From positions 15,067-79,066 of the forward strand of contig JBHHVU010000010.1 in assembly GCA_046754465.1 (NCBI GenBank): 64,000 bases of DNA, in the 5' to 3' direction. Shown here one piece after another: positions 48,173 to 58,269 of the stretch (position 1 is its first letter; every line of letters starts with the position of its first letter). Source of the DNA: Nitrospinaceae bacterium. Lineage in GTDB: Bacteria; Nitrospinota; Nitrospinia; Nitrospinales; VA-1. A program made the translations under genes and the position numbers. The notes below the pieces were generated by a model that worked only from the letters and a program-made list of their open reading frames with translations, ran no database searches and was not told where the DNA came from.

Positions 48173-48200
48173 ATTATAATAAATCCCACCCACCTGTCAA
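48173..48200 (-). promoter_or_regulatory. Consensus sigma70 promoter for cytochrome c
   Basis: Minus strand TTGACA-16 nt-TATAAT. Confidence 0.7.
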
Positions 48201-48812
48201 TAAGAAATTCGTCCCCCACCATTTAACCTTTTGAATATCAATGAATTTTCTTGTGGGAAAGAAGGACAGGTATCCCCTGGTGGCAAAATTTCACCAAAAA
48301 ATATCCATGGAGGAGATGCGATATTTGTCTAAATTTATCAATAGGTTAGATGGTTTTTTTGAAAAATGCCCCTTCCGCGTGGTTTTCTCCGGCGGCCCTT
48401 TTTGCTTGCGCACTTTTGTCCGTTCCAGTATAGTCAACCCATTATAAATAACATTCGATGATTTGATTTTCCTGCAACCTGGTTTGGGAATGAGGCCGCA
48501 TGGGTGCTCTTGATCCTCAATCCTAAACCATTGGGGCATTTTTTGAGGAATGGGGTTCCCGGGCTCACAACCGTGAGATTATTTGTTTGATTCCAAAAAG
48601 GGGGCCTTGCATCCGATAAAATCGCTAATTTATCTACAGCACCCCAAATTACTAACTCCAATTCACATTGAATTTGATTTTTGACCGATGGTTCTACCAA
48701 GGGAGATTTTTTGCCTGTTGATAAAAACCAAGGAATTTCATTTCATAAAATGATTTCTTCCAAGAAAATCGTCTCCTGAATTGGTTTGGAGATATTGAAG
48801 AGGAGGTGAATT

Positions 48813-50018
48813 ATGCCCTTTTCTATAGAGAGCCGTGGAAGAACTGGCAATGGCACCAAACCCAAATACCTCACGAAACTCGATCAGATTCCCGAGTTGA
48901 GCGAGGAGGAAAGGTCACAACTTCAAAAGGTTAACGAAAAATTTATCTTTCGTTCCAACGAATATTACCAGTCCCTCATCGATTGGGATGACCCCAACGA
49001 CCCCATCCGCCGGATCGTGATTCCGGAAGTTCAGGAATTGCAGGACTGGGGCCGGCTGGACGCCTCGAATGAGGAAAAATATACCCGTGTCCGGGGGCTG
49101 GAGCACAAGTATGTTTCCACCGCTTTGCTGCTCGTTAACGAAGTTTGTGCCGCCTATTGCCGGTTCTGTTTCCGTAAGCGGTTGTTCATGAATGATAATG
49201 ATGAGGTCACCAAGGACATTACCGAGGGCCTGAAGTACATCCGCCAACATCCCGAGATCAATAACGTTTTGCTGACCGGGGGCGATCCCTTGATTATGTC
49301 CACCAGCAAGCTGGAGCCCATCATCGCCCAGCTTCGGGAAATAAACCATGTGCGGATCATTCGTATCGGCACCAAGATTCCCGCCTTCAATCCGTTCCGG
49401 ATTATTAATGATCCTTCGCTCCTGGAATTGATTGGGAAATATAGTACGGATGAGAAAAAGATCTACATCATGGCCCATTTCAACCATCCCAGGGAACTCA
49501 CCCCCGTGGCCGTTCAGGGTTTGAACTTGCTCATGAAGGCGGGGGCCGTCCTCGTCAACCAGACCCCCCTCATTCAGGGGGTGAATGACAATGCCGAGGT
49601 GCTGGCCATCCTTTTCCAAAAGTTGTCCTACATCGGGGTGCCCCCGTATTATGTTTTCCTTTGCCGGCCGACCTTGGGAAATGAGCCCTATTCCGTTCTT
49701 CTGGAGGACGGGTACAAATACTTCGAACATGCCCGGACCCAATGTTCCGGCCTGGCCAAACGGGCCCGGCTGGTGATGTCCCACGAAACCGGCAAGATCG
49801 AGGTGGTGGGGATGAACCAGAACCAGATAATCTTCAAGTATATCCGTGCCGCTCATGCGGAAAATAACTCGAGGGTCCTGGTATTCGACAGAAACCCGCG
49901 GGCGTCCTGGTTCGACGATTACAGGGAGGCGCAGACTCAGTTTTCCCTGAATAATTTAATGGAGGTCCCCGGTAACGGAAAGAATGGGAACAATGGGTTC
50001 AAGAAACACCTTGATTAA
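48813..50018 (+). CDS. KamA family radical SAM protein (lysine 2,3-aminomutase-like)
   Basis: GLEHKY, CAAYCRFCFRKR, VLLTGGDPL, HFNHPREL, NQTPLIQGVND, PYY; GGAGGT RBS. Confidence 0.93.
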   Translation: MPFSIESRGRTGNGTKPKYLTKLDQIPELSEEERSQLQKVNEKFIFRSNEYYQSLIDWDDPNDPIRRIVIPEVQELQDWGRLDASNEEKYTRVRGLEHKYVSTALLLVNEVCAAYCRFCFRKRLFMNDNDEVTKDITEGLKYIRQHPEINNVLLTGGDPLIMSTSKLEPIIAQLREINHVRIIRIGTKIPAFNPFRIINDPSLLELIGKYSTDEKKIYIMAHFNHPRELTPVAVQGLNLLMKAGAVLVNQTPLIQGVNDNAEVLAILFQKLSYIGVPPYYVFLCRPTLGNEPYSVLLEDGYKYFEHARTQCSGLAKRARLVMSHETGKIEVVGMNQNQIIFKYIRAAHAENNSRVLVFDRNPRASWFDDYREAQTQFSLNNLMEVPGNGKNGNNGFKKHLD

Positions 50019-50707
50019 CATATTGGTGGCAACACCCCCTAAGCATTGAGGATGCTCAGGGGGTTCCCTCAATCTTGAGAGGGAAAAGCACCCTGGTTTC
50101 TTTCTGGCAGATTCCTCCTTTCCGTTCCCGACGGCTGCAATGAATATCCCCCGTAGACCCTCACCCTTTTGCAAGAATTGGTATCTCCCTTTCCCTGGGT
50201 TCGCTACCCGCTATCCACCATCCCTTCCCAAGAGTGAACGGTCTTCCTTGACCACGGAAATTCTTATTTAAATTCTCGCCTGCTATTTTTGGTTTCGAGA
50301 TCCAGCCCGGTTTCCGCCGGGTGAGGATGCTATGAAACCGGAAAGCTCCATGCCAGAAATCTAATCCATTTAAAACATAGATGGAAAAAGAATTAATCCA
50401 TTGAAAAATAAAATAAAATTCCCATAATTCACCTTTCTGGTGTAATCTGGAATATGAAATGTAATTGTAATTCTAATTGGCTTGTGTTAATAGAAATATC
50501 AATTTCCTGAAAGCCGGAATTTGTTTTTAATCGCCTTGGAATTGGTTCGAGGGTGCGGTGCCGTCCTTTGCCGTTTTCGGCGGTTTGGGCATTGGGAAGG
50601 AAAGAGGATCTGCATAGGGTTTGAATTTTTTAAAAATTGAGAACAGGAGTTGGCCTTGGGTGAGGTCTCCAAGGGAGGAACAGGACCAAATTGAACAGGG
50701 GGGAAAC

Positions 50708-52309
50708 ATGACCAAACTGAGCAGACGCGACCTTATAAAAGTATCTATTTTAGGAGCGGTTTCTTTATCGAGTATTGGAAGTTGGATGGACTCATTGGTT
50801 TCCAGGCGATCTGGGGTCGCCATGGCTTCCATTCCAGAAAGCCCGGAGTTCACTCCTTTCACGGAGGACATGCCCCGTCCGGCAGTTTTGCAGCCGGAGG
50901 CATCTTCTTTTGTCACCGAGTGCGAAATTCCCGATTTACCGGGAGTGGATAAATCCGCCACCAAATTCTATAAGGTCACCGTCAGTAAGAACACCACCCA
51001 GATTCTTCCCGGTGTGGATACGGAAATCTGGGGGTACGAGGGTTTGTATCCCGGTCCAACCATCAAAGTCAAAAGGGGGGAACCGGCGATCGTCCGTTTC
51101 ATAAATGACCTCTCCGTGGAACTAACCGTTCACAATCACGGGGGCCATCAATCATCCGTTGCCGATGGGTTCCCCTCCGATTTGATACTTCCGGGTCAAT
51201 TCAAGGATTATTGTTATCCCAATATTTCTCCCGTGGAAAGGGATTCGTCGGGGGTTCTTCTAAACACCGATTCCGATTTCACCTCCACCCAGTGGTACCA
51301 CGATCATGCAGTGGACATAACGGGACAGAACGTGTACATGGGGTTGGCGGGATTTTACCTGCTTTCCGATGATCTGGAAGATGGCTTGATCAATACAGGG
51401 GTTCTTCCCGGAGGAGAGTTCGATGTCCCGATGGTGATTCAGGACCGGCGTTTCGCGGCCGATGGTTCGTTGGTCTACCGTCCGGAGGAGGATAACTTTG
51501 ATGGTTGGCTGGGGGATGTGTTTGTGGTCAACGGCAAGGCTCAGCCAAAGTTTCACGTGCGCCGGCGGAAATACCGGTTTCGGATATTGAACGGTGCCAA
51601 TGCCCGGTGGATGGAACTGCGATTGAACCGGGGCCGTTTCCTGCAAATCGGGAACGACAGTTGGCTCCTGGACCATGCGATCGCCCGGGATACCTTGCGA
51701 TTGTCCCCGGCGGAACGCGCGGAGGTGATCATTGATTTTCGCGACGCCCCCGCGGAAGTGTTCCTTGAAAATATTCTGGAGATGAAGGATGGACGCCGGC
51801 CCGAGGACGATCTTTTGAAGAAAGGGGTACCCCTCGTTAAGTTCATCGTGGACCAACAGGAAGAGCCCGTGGACAACGCCACCCTCCAGGAAGGGCAGAC
51901 CTTGCGTCCTCACACTCCCATCCGCGAAGATGAAATTGTAAAAACCAGGACCTTCAAATTTGACCGGCGCAAGGGGGCCTGGGCCATCAACGGGGAACAT
52001 TTCGATCCCGGCCGCGATGATGCAACGCCCAAGCTGGGCACCGCCGAGCGGTGGATCCTCAAGAACAGCAGCGGCGGGTGGGCGCATCCCATTCATATTC
52101 ATTTGGAAGGCCAGCAGGTTCAAAAGATCAATGGTTCACCCCCTCTCCCCCAAGATTCCTTCAAGAAGGATACGATTCAACTCGGGCCCAACGATGAAGC
52201 CGAAGTTTTTATTAAATTCAGAACCTTCGAGGGCAGGTTTGTTTTTCATTGCCACAATCTGGAACACGAGGACTCGTTCATGATGGGAAAATTCAATGTG
52301 AAACCTTAA
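50708..52309 (+). CDS. Tat-exported multicopper oxidase (bilirubin oxidase/CotA-like)
   Basis: SRRDLIK Tat motif; HNHG, WYHDH, HPIHIH, HCHNLEHEDSFMM copper motifs. Confidence 0.95.
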   Translation: MTKLSRRDLIKVSILGAVSLSSIGSWMDSLVSRRSGVAMASIPESPEFTPFTEDMPRPAVLQPEASSFVTECEIPDLPGVDKSATKFYKVTVSKNTTQILPGVDTEIWGYEGLYPGPTIKVKRGEPAIVRFINDLSVELTVHNHGGHQSSVADGFPSDLILPGQFKDYCYPNISPVERDSSGVLLNTDSDFTSTQWYHDHAVDITGQNVYMGLAGFYLLSDDLEDGLINTGVLPGGEFDVPMVIQDRRFAADGSLVYRPEEDNFDGWLGDVFVVNGKAQPKFHVRRRKYRFRILNGANARWMELRLNRGRFLQIGNDSWLLDHAIARDTLRLSPAERAEVIIDFRDAPAEVFLENILEMKDGRRPEDDLLKKGVPLVKFIVDQQEEPVDNATLQEGQTLRPHTPIREDEIVKTRTFKFDRRKGAWAINGEHFDPGRDDATPKLGTAERWILKNSSGGWAHPIHIHLEGQQVQKINGSPPLPQDSFKKDTIQLGPNDEAEVFIKFRTFEGRFVFHCHNLEHEDSFMMGKFNVKP

Positions 52310-52664
52310 GGGGAGCCAAAGTAACGGGGTGGATGATTTTTCCGCCCGCCAGGCAAGGGAACCTTTACATAAACGCTGTCAACACGGGGGTGCGGCATCC
52401 CTTGCCCGTATAATTAAAAAACCACCCTATCCTGATTCCCTCACAGGGTGCGTGTTTCTGGGGAAAGAGGAATTATTCTGGTAAAAGCACCCAACCCCAC
52501 CCGCCACCCCCTGGCGCCGCCCAGGGGAGAGGGGGGGCTGTTTTGTCCTGTCCGCTCAAAAAAGAAAAATTCGCTCCCGCCCGGAAACTTTGTGCTAAAC
52601 TATCGAACCTCCAATAAATCAAACCCAATATTTATTTTTTGACCCCCTTGTTGCGGAGAAAACC

Positions 52665-53264
52665 ATGGCGCGGTTGACTGGAAAAAATATCCTGATCATC
52701 ATCCCCAAGGATTATTACAATGAACAGGAACTGGATTTCCTGACCCATAAATTCAAGGAAGAGGAGGCTAAGGTTTATCTGGCTTCGTCCAAACTAAAAG
52801 AAGCGGTGGGAATGAAAAATGGCCGGGTGAAGCCCGACTTACTCATCGTCGATTCCATGGAAGGGATCACAGGCGATAGTTACGTGACGGGTGGGACGGG
52901 AACCCGTCAAATCAAGGGAATTTTTCACGGGGTGGTGATCATCGGCGGAAAAGGCGCCAAATCCTACCTTTGGAAAGACAACCTGGTGCGTCTTTTGATT
53001 CTCGACCGCCACCGCAGCGGATTCGTGGTTTCGGCGATCGGCAGCGCGGTCCCCTGCCTGGCCAATGCGGGGTTGATCGATAATATTGAGGTGGCCGCCG
53101 AAGAAAATAAGTACACCCTGAAAGCGATGGAAGAGGCCAAGGTGATGATTTCCGATGACGAGGTGACCTGCTTAGACCGGGTCATCACCGGCAAGGGTGC
53201 CTCGGCGGTGGAACCCTTCGCGCAGGCGGTCATCGAGGCGGTGGAAAAAACTCCCCATAAATAA
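52665..53264 (+). CDS. DJ-1/PfpI family protein
   Basis: ILIII..DYYNEQEL, VVIIGG.GA, VSAIG, LANAGL, RVITG.G. Confidence 0.85.
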   Translation: MARLTGKNILIIIPKDYYNEQELDFLTHKFKEEEAKVYLASSKLKEAVGMKNGRVKPDLLIVDSMEGITGDSYVTGGTGTRQIKGIFHGVVIIGGKGAKSYLWKDNLVRLLILDRHRSGFVVSAIGSAVPCLANAGLIDNIEVAAEENKYTLKAMEEAKVMISDDEVTCLDRVITGKGASAVEPFAQAVIEAVEKTPHK

Positions 53265-53294
53265 CGGGGCTCGACGAACCCTTAATCCAACCCG

Positions 53295-53654
53295 TCAAAA
53301 ACCTCTCTCCGCGTCTTCCCGTTCCTTGGCAGCCTTGATGATCTTTAAGCGAAGTTTCACCGCGGTGTTCAAGGCTTGCACGGTGCTGGCGTTGGCATCC
53401 GGAAAATGGAGTTTGGCATTGAATTCATCCAGGGAATGAGATTCCAGAATCTTGGCGAACGCCTCGTCTATAAAAGGACGGGTCATCTGGGCGATGCCCT
53501 CGAAATAAAGGGAGATCTTTTCGTATTTATCCCAATTATCCTCAATGAGTTTACGAATAGTATCCCCAGCAGGAGAACCGTCCTCGGAGGTTCTTCCATG
53601 GGGGGTGCTGGTCTGCATGATTTTGAAAATGTCTATTTTGTATTCACTTTCCAT
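53295..53654 (-). CDS. STAS-like (DUF4325) domain protein
   Basis: G..IR..IE, ISLYFEGI...TRPFIDEAF..I pattern. Confidence 0.75.
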   Translation of the reverse strand: MESEYKIDIFKIMQTSTPHGRTSEDGSPAGDTIRKLIEDNWDKYEKISLYFEGIAQMTRPFIDEAFAKILESHSLDEFNAKLHFPDANASTVQALNTAVKLRLKIIKAAKEREDAERGF

Positions 53655-53713
53655 CGATCTGCCTGTTCAATCGAGAATATTCCTTGCTGAATATTCCTTC
53701 AGGATGAGTAAAG

Positions 53714-54214
53714 TCAACGTTGTTCGATCCGGACCTCGGTCATCTCGATCCGTTCATTCGGATTATCCCGGGAATCCCTGGGAAGGTTTACAATTTTATC
53801 CGCCACATCCATTCCCTGGACTACTTTCCCAAAGACGGTGTACTGTCCATCCAGGAAAAAAGAATCTTTGACCACGATAAAAAACTGGGAACCCGCGCTG
53901 TCCGGGTCCTGCGCGCGCGCCATCGACAGGATGCCCCGTTCGTGGGGGATGTCGTTGAATTCCGCTTTGATGGTGTAGCCGGGTCCCCCCATTCCGTGGG
54001 ACGATTTGTCCTCGCTTTTGGAATTTGGGTCTCCGCCCTGGATCATAAAGCCGGGAATAACCCTGTGGAAGGTGGTCCCGTTGAAATACCCTTTTTTCGC
54101 GAGGTCCTTGAAATTTTTCACATGCCCGGGCGCCTTGTCCTCGAAAAATGAGATTTCGATGGTTCCCATGGTCGTATCCAGGATGGCGATATCCTCACCT
54201 TGTGCATCTGACAT
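53714..54214 (-). CDS. Cyclophilin-type PPIase (cytoplasmic)
   Basis: FHRVIPGFMIQGGDP, SMAR, SAGSQFFI, LDGQYTVFG. Confidence 0.96.
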   Translation of the reverse strand: MSDAQGEDIAILDTTMGTIEISFFEDKAPGHVKNFKDLAKKGYFNGTTFHRVIPGFMIQGGDPNSKSEDKSSHGMGGPGYTIKAEFNDIPHERGILSMARAQDPDSAGSQFFIVVKDSFFLDGQYTVFGKVVQGMDVADKIVNLPRDSRDNPNERIEMTEVRIEQR

Positions 54215-54450
54215 AAAATTGTATCTCCTCTTTTAATTTTGGCCTCGAGGCCAAAAATTTGGGTGGATGCCTTAGGGATTTTTCATGGTTCCCCGATATT
54301 TTTCCGCAAGACCCGTCCGTGGGTTCCCCAAACGGTAAAACCTTACCGGTTAACTTATCATCTTCTCAAAGATGAATTCAAACCCATGAGGGATGGAAAG
54401 TCCCTTTGGGGTCTCAGGAATGGTTTTCTTCAATCTTGACGGATCCAGGC

Positions 54451-54999
54451 CTATCGATTTTCGATCCGGACCTCCTTCATCACTATTTTTTCAATGGGGT
54501 TGTCTCGGGCGTCCCTGGGGACGCTGACGATTTTATCCGCCACATCCATCCCCTGGATCACCTTTCCGAAAACCGTATACTTTCCATCCAGGAACCGGGC
54601 GTCCTTGACCACGATGAAAAATTGCGACCCCGCGCTATCCGGGTTGCTGGACCGGGCCATGGAGACGATCCCCCGCTTGTGCGGAATCTCATTGAATTCC
54701 GCCTTGATGGAGTAACCGGGACCTCCCGTGCCATGCAGGGCCCGGTTATCGCCTCTGGAATTTGGGTCCCCTCCCTGGATCATGAATCCGGGGATGACGC
54801 GGTGGAAGGTGGTTCCATTATAAAAACCTTTTTTTGCCAGGTCCTTGAAATTTTTCACATGACCCGGCGCTTTATCCTCGAAAAAGGAAATTTCAATGGT
54901 TCCCAGGGCCGTTTCAATGACGGCGATTTCTTCGGCCTGCGCCGAACCCCATGCCAAAAATACTGCCAGCAAAGCAGCTAATCCGCTTCGATAAACCAT
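54451..54999 (-). CDS. Cyclophilin-type PPIase (signal peptide, periplasmic)
   Basis: Same motifs; MVYRSGLAALLAVFLAWGSAQA signal; GAGG RBS before ATG 54999. Confidence 0.95.
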   Translation of the reverse strand: MVYRSGLAALLAVFLAWGSAQAEEIAVIETALGTIEISFFEDKAPGHVKNFKDLAKKGFYNGTTFHRVIPGFMIQGGDPNSRGDNRALHGTGGPGYSIKAEFNEIPHKRGIVSMARSSNPDSAGSQFFIVVKDARFLDGKYTVFGKVIQGMDVADKIVSVPRDARDNPIEKIVMKEVRIENR

Positions 55000-55377
55000 A
55001 ATACCTCTCCAACGGTGCGCTGTTAACAATGGATACCCGGAAGTCCTCCCCAGGTCCGGTTTTGAAATTTGTCCTTCAATGTTCGAACTTTTTATTTGAA
55101 AAATCACGAGTTTGGATAGAAAGGTTCCTTTGGGAATTGGATCAATAAAGATGGTTCATGGAAGAATACTTCTCCAAGGTGGACCGTGAATATCCGGAAT
55201 CGGATCATTCTAAAAAATTGAAAAATGATTGTCAAACCTGGAAAGGAAAGAGAAGGCGGGAAGCCGCATTCGTTTTTCTCTAGTTCCAAGGGAGTTACGC
55301 AAGAGGTCAGAGATAAGAGGACTAAGTAGGAGGGGGAGCCTGGGGATTTTCCCTTGCGACTCTGTTTCAATTTGCAT

Positions 55378-55401
55378 TGTTGCAAAAAAACAATTGCAAC
55401 A
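55378..55401. promoter_or_regulatory. Palindromic operator TGTTGCA-N10-TGCAACA
   Basis: Upstream of the sigma54 activator; same motif at 58091-58113. Confidence 0.7.
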
Positions 55402-55481
55402 ACGGGGTTTTTATTTTAAAACCCAGATAGCGGTAATTTCTAGAGGGATTGGCAGGAAAATATCCCCTGGGTGGGGGAGCG

Positions 55482-56807
55482 ATGGAAAGGGAGCGGGATT
55501 CCGTGGAATATCTCAATACAATTTTCGATGTTTTGAATGAAGCGGTTTTCGTCTACGACGAGGAAATGCGGATCAAATATTTCAATGCCGCCGCTGAAAA
55601 GATCACCGGTCACAGTAAGGAGGAAGTGATCGGGAAAAAATGCGTCACTCTTTTTGATAAAAGCGTCTGCCTCAACAATTGCGCCCTTTGCCAGACGGTG
55701 AAACAGGATCCGGTCCAGGGCAAGGTGCGGTTCCAATCCCCTTTTATCCGGAAAGACGGACAAAAACGTTTCGGTGAGTTCCAGGCCGGACTGCTGAAAA
55801 GGGACGGGAATGGGAAGGTAGAGGTTTTGGTGGCGTTGACCGATACCACCGAAATCACCCGCCTGAAGGAAAAACTCCAGAAAACCCATTCCTTCAGAAA
55901 CCTGGTGGGGAAAAGTCATTTGATGAAAGACCTTTTCCAGGCCATCCACAATATTTCCGAATTCGATTCCACCGTCCTGATCCAGGGAGAAAGCGGCACG
56001 GGCAAGGAACTGGTCGCCCGGGCTCTTCATTATGAGGGCCCGCGCGCCCGGGAAAAACTGATCACCGTCAATTGTTCCGCATTTTCCGACAACCTCCTGG
56101 AAAGCGAGTTGTTCGGGCATGTCAAGGGCGCGTTCACCGGGGCGATCAGGGACCGGGCCGGCCGTTTCGAAGAAGGCAACGGGGGAACCATTTTCCTGGA
56201 CGAAATCGGGGACCTGGCCCCGAGGGTGCAAGTGAAACTTTTGCGCGTGATCCAGGAAAAGGAGATCCAGCGCGTCGGCGAAAACACTACCCGCAAGGTA
56301 AACATCCGCATCATCGCCGCCACCAATACAGACCTGTCACAGGAAGTCCGGGAAGGAAGATTCCGGGAAGACCTGTATTACCGATTGAACGTTATCCCGA
56401 TCCAGCTTCCCCCGTTGCGGCTGAGAACGGAAGACATTCCTCACTTGGTCAGGCACTTCATCGAAAACTGGAACGGGGTGCAGAAGAAAACGATCTCTGG
56501 GATATCCGAGGCCGCCTTGGGAAGGTTGATGGATTACGACTGGCCCGGCAACGTTCGGGAATTGGAAAACGCCATCGAGCACGCCTGCGTGAAGGGAACC
56601 CGGGAAATAATCGGAGTGGAGGATCTGCCGGCCTCTATTTTCCGTCCTCGAAAATTCAGGAAAACCAAAAGAAGCCCCGCCACCCGGGAAAGGGTCCTGA
56701 AAGCCCTGGCGGAAACCGGAAACAACCAGACTCGGGCGGCCCGGCTTCTGGAGATGCACCGGATCACCCTGTGGCGAAAAATGAAAACCTTCAAGATAAA
56801 CGTTTGA
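55482..56807 (+). CDS. PAS-domain sigma54-dependent transcriptional activator (Fis-type HTH)
   Basis: PAS (FNAAAEKITG) with Cys cluster; GESGTGKE, ESELFGH..GAFTGA, FLDEIG, FREDLYYRL, WPGNVREL, NQTRAARLL. Confidence 0.95.
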   Translation: MERERDSVEYLNTIFDVLNEAVFVYDEEMRIKYFNAAAEKITGHSKEEVIGKKCVTLFDKSVCLNNCALCQTVKQDPVQGKVRFQSPFIRKDGQKRFGEFQAGLLKRDGNGKVEVLVALTDTTEITRLKEKLQKTHSFRNLVGKSHLMKDLFQAIHNISEFDSTVLIQGESGTGKELVARALHYEGPRAREKLITVNCSAFSDNLLESELFGHVKGAFTGAIRDRAGRFEEGNGGTIFLDEIGDLAPRVQVKLLRVIQEKEIQRVGENTTRKVNIRIIAATNTDLSQEVREGRFREDLYYRLNVIPIQLPPLRLRTEDIPHLVRHFIENWNGVQKKTISGISEAALGRLMDYDWPGNVRELENAIEHACVKGTREIIGVEDLPASIFRPRKFRKTKRSPATRERVLKALAETGNNQTRAARLLEMHRITLWRKMKTFKINV

Positions 56808-56916
56808 AGGGGGCTCCGCGAATTTCCCTTGAAGGCCTCCCTGGCTGGTTCCCGCCGCTTCCACCATGCTTTTCAGGATAAAATGTCCCACCTCCCGGAT
56901 GGATTTTTCCGGGACC

Positions 56917-57921
56917 TTATTTGATCGATTTGAACACGGCCGGGTTGGCTTTCCCCTTGGCGGAAAGGATTCCGACCGCCCCCTTTGCCACCCTGAAAAT
57001 GCTGTGGTCCACCAGCAGGTAATCTCCCGGCACATCGACCTTGAAATCCACGATGACGGACCCCGCGGACGGCACCAGGGTGGTTTGCACATGGTGGTTG
57101 ACCGTTCCGCCCAAGGTTCCCTCCACATGCACCGTGTCGAATATTTCACCGATGATGTGAAAGGAGGAGGCGCTGTTGGGACCGATATTGCCAAAATAAA
57201 CCCGGACCCTGTCACCCACATTGGCTTTTAGGGTGGAGTCGCCCATCAACGCACCGGTTTTGCCGTTGAACACGACATAATCCGGGTGCTCCGCCAAACC
57301 CTTTTCCATGGACAGTTCCAAAACTCCCTTTTTGTCGGACGGCTTGGTAAAAAACTCGCTTTGCATCACGTAAAATTCCTTGTCCACTTTGGGCAGTCCC
57401 TCTTCGGGCTCGACCAGAATCAGGCCATACATCCCGTTGGCGATGTGGGCGGGGATGTTCGGCACCGGGGAGGCGCAATGATAAATAAACAGGCCCGGGG
57501 CCAAGGTTTTGAATTGGAATACACGCGTTTCGCCGGGAGCCGCCAGATTGACCGCCGCGCCCCCGCCGGGACCATTCACCGCGTGGATGTCGATATTGTG
57601 GGGGAACACGCTGTCCTTGTGGTTGGATAGATGAAACTCCACCGTATCCCCCGCGCGCACCCGGATCATGGGCCCGGGAACCGTACCGTTAAAACTCCAA
57701 AACTTGTATTTTTTCCCATCCCCGAGTTCCCCTACAAATTCCTTCGCCTCGAAATTCACCACCACCGTTGCAGGGGTGGTTCGTTTGATCGGCGCGGGAA
57801 CATGCGGGGCCGTGGTTAACCTGGCTTTTTCCGATGCCTGGAGACTCGCGGTCATCACCAGAAAAAATACGATCGATAAACCTGCCGCCGTGACCATGTT
57901 GCCGGACTTATCTATTTTCAT
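56917..57921 (-). CDS. nirK: Copper-containing nitrite reductase
   Basis: Signal peptide; HNIDIHAV, YHCA..P..HIANGMYG, SSFHIIGEIFD, VDHS. Confidence 0.95.
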   Translation of the reverse strand: MKIDKSGNMVTAAGLSIVFFLVMTASLQASEKARLTTAPHVPAPIKRTTPATVVVNFEAKEFVGELGDGKKYKFWSFNGTVPGPMIRVRAGDTVEFHLSNHKDSVFPHNIDIHAVNGPGGGAAVNLAAPGETRVFQFKTLAPGLFIYHCASPVPNIPAHIANGMYGLILVEPEEGLPKVDKEFYVMQSEFFTKPSDKKGVLELSMEKGLAEHPDYVVFNGKTGALMGDSTLKANVGDRVRVYFGNIGPNSASSFHIIGEIFDTVHVEGTLGGTVNHHVQTTLVPSAGSVIVDFKVDVPGDYLLVDHSIFRVAKGAVGILSAKGKANPAVFKSIK

Positions 57922-57987
57922 TCCTTCCTCCGTTATAAAATGTTACAAGGGAATTCAGAATCTTTCCCCGGACCAGAATCTCCTAAA

Positions 57988-58004
57988 TACAAATTCCGTA
58001 CCTA
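57988..58004 (-). promoter_or_regulatory. Sigma54 (-24/-12)-like promoter of nirK
   Basis: Minus strand TAGGTACGGAATTTGTA versus TGGCACG-N4-TTGCW (GG-N10-GT variant). Confidence 0.55.
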
Positions 58005-58090
58005 AATGGAAGCTCAAGGGTTTTCCCGGGAATTACAGGCCGGCAGCGGCTCAGCGGCAACCCTCCGCAATGTGGAAACCGGAAGGGTGA

Positions 58091-58113
58091 GTTGCATAAA
58101 AATGAATGCAACA
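58091..58113. promoter_or_regulatory. Palindromic upstream activator site GTTGCA-N10-TGCAACA
   Basis: About 90 bp upstream of the sigma54-like element; matches 55378-55401. Confidence 0.7.
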
Positions 58114-58269
58114 TTCTTTTGTTACACCGGTAACTAAAAGGTTGACACTGAAAAAATGATGGGAAATAATAAGCTAATTCATGGTTTTTTAAACGTTTAC
58201 AAGATAATTTCGCGAAAGGTCGGGCTCCTTTCCTTTCTCGCTTTCATTTTTTAGCATTCGGCACACGTC

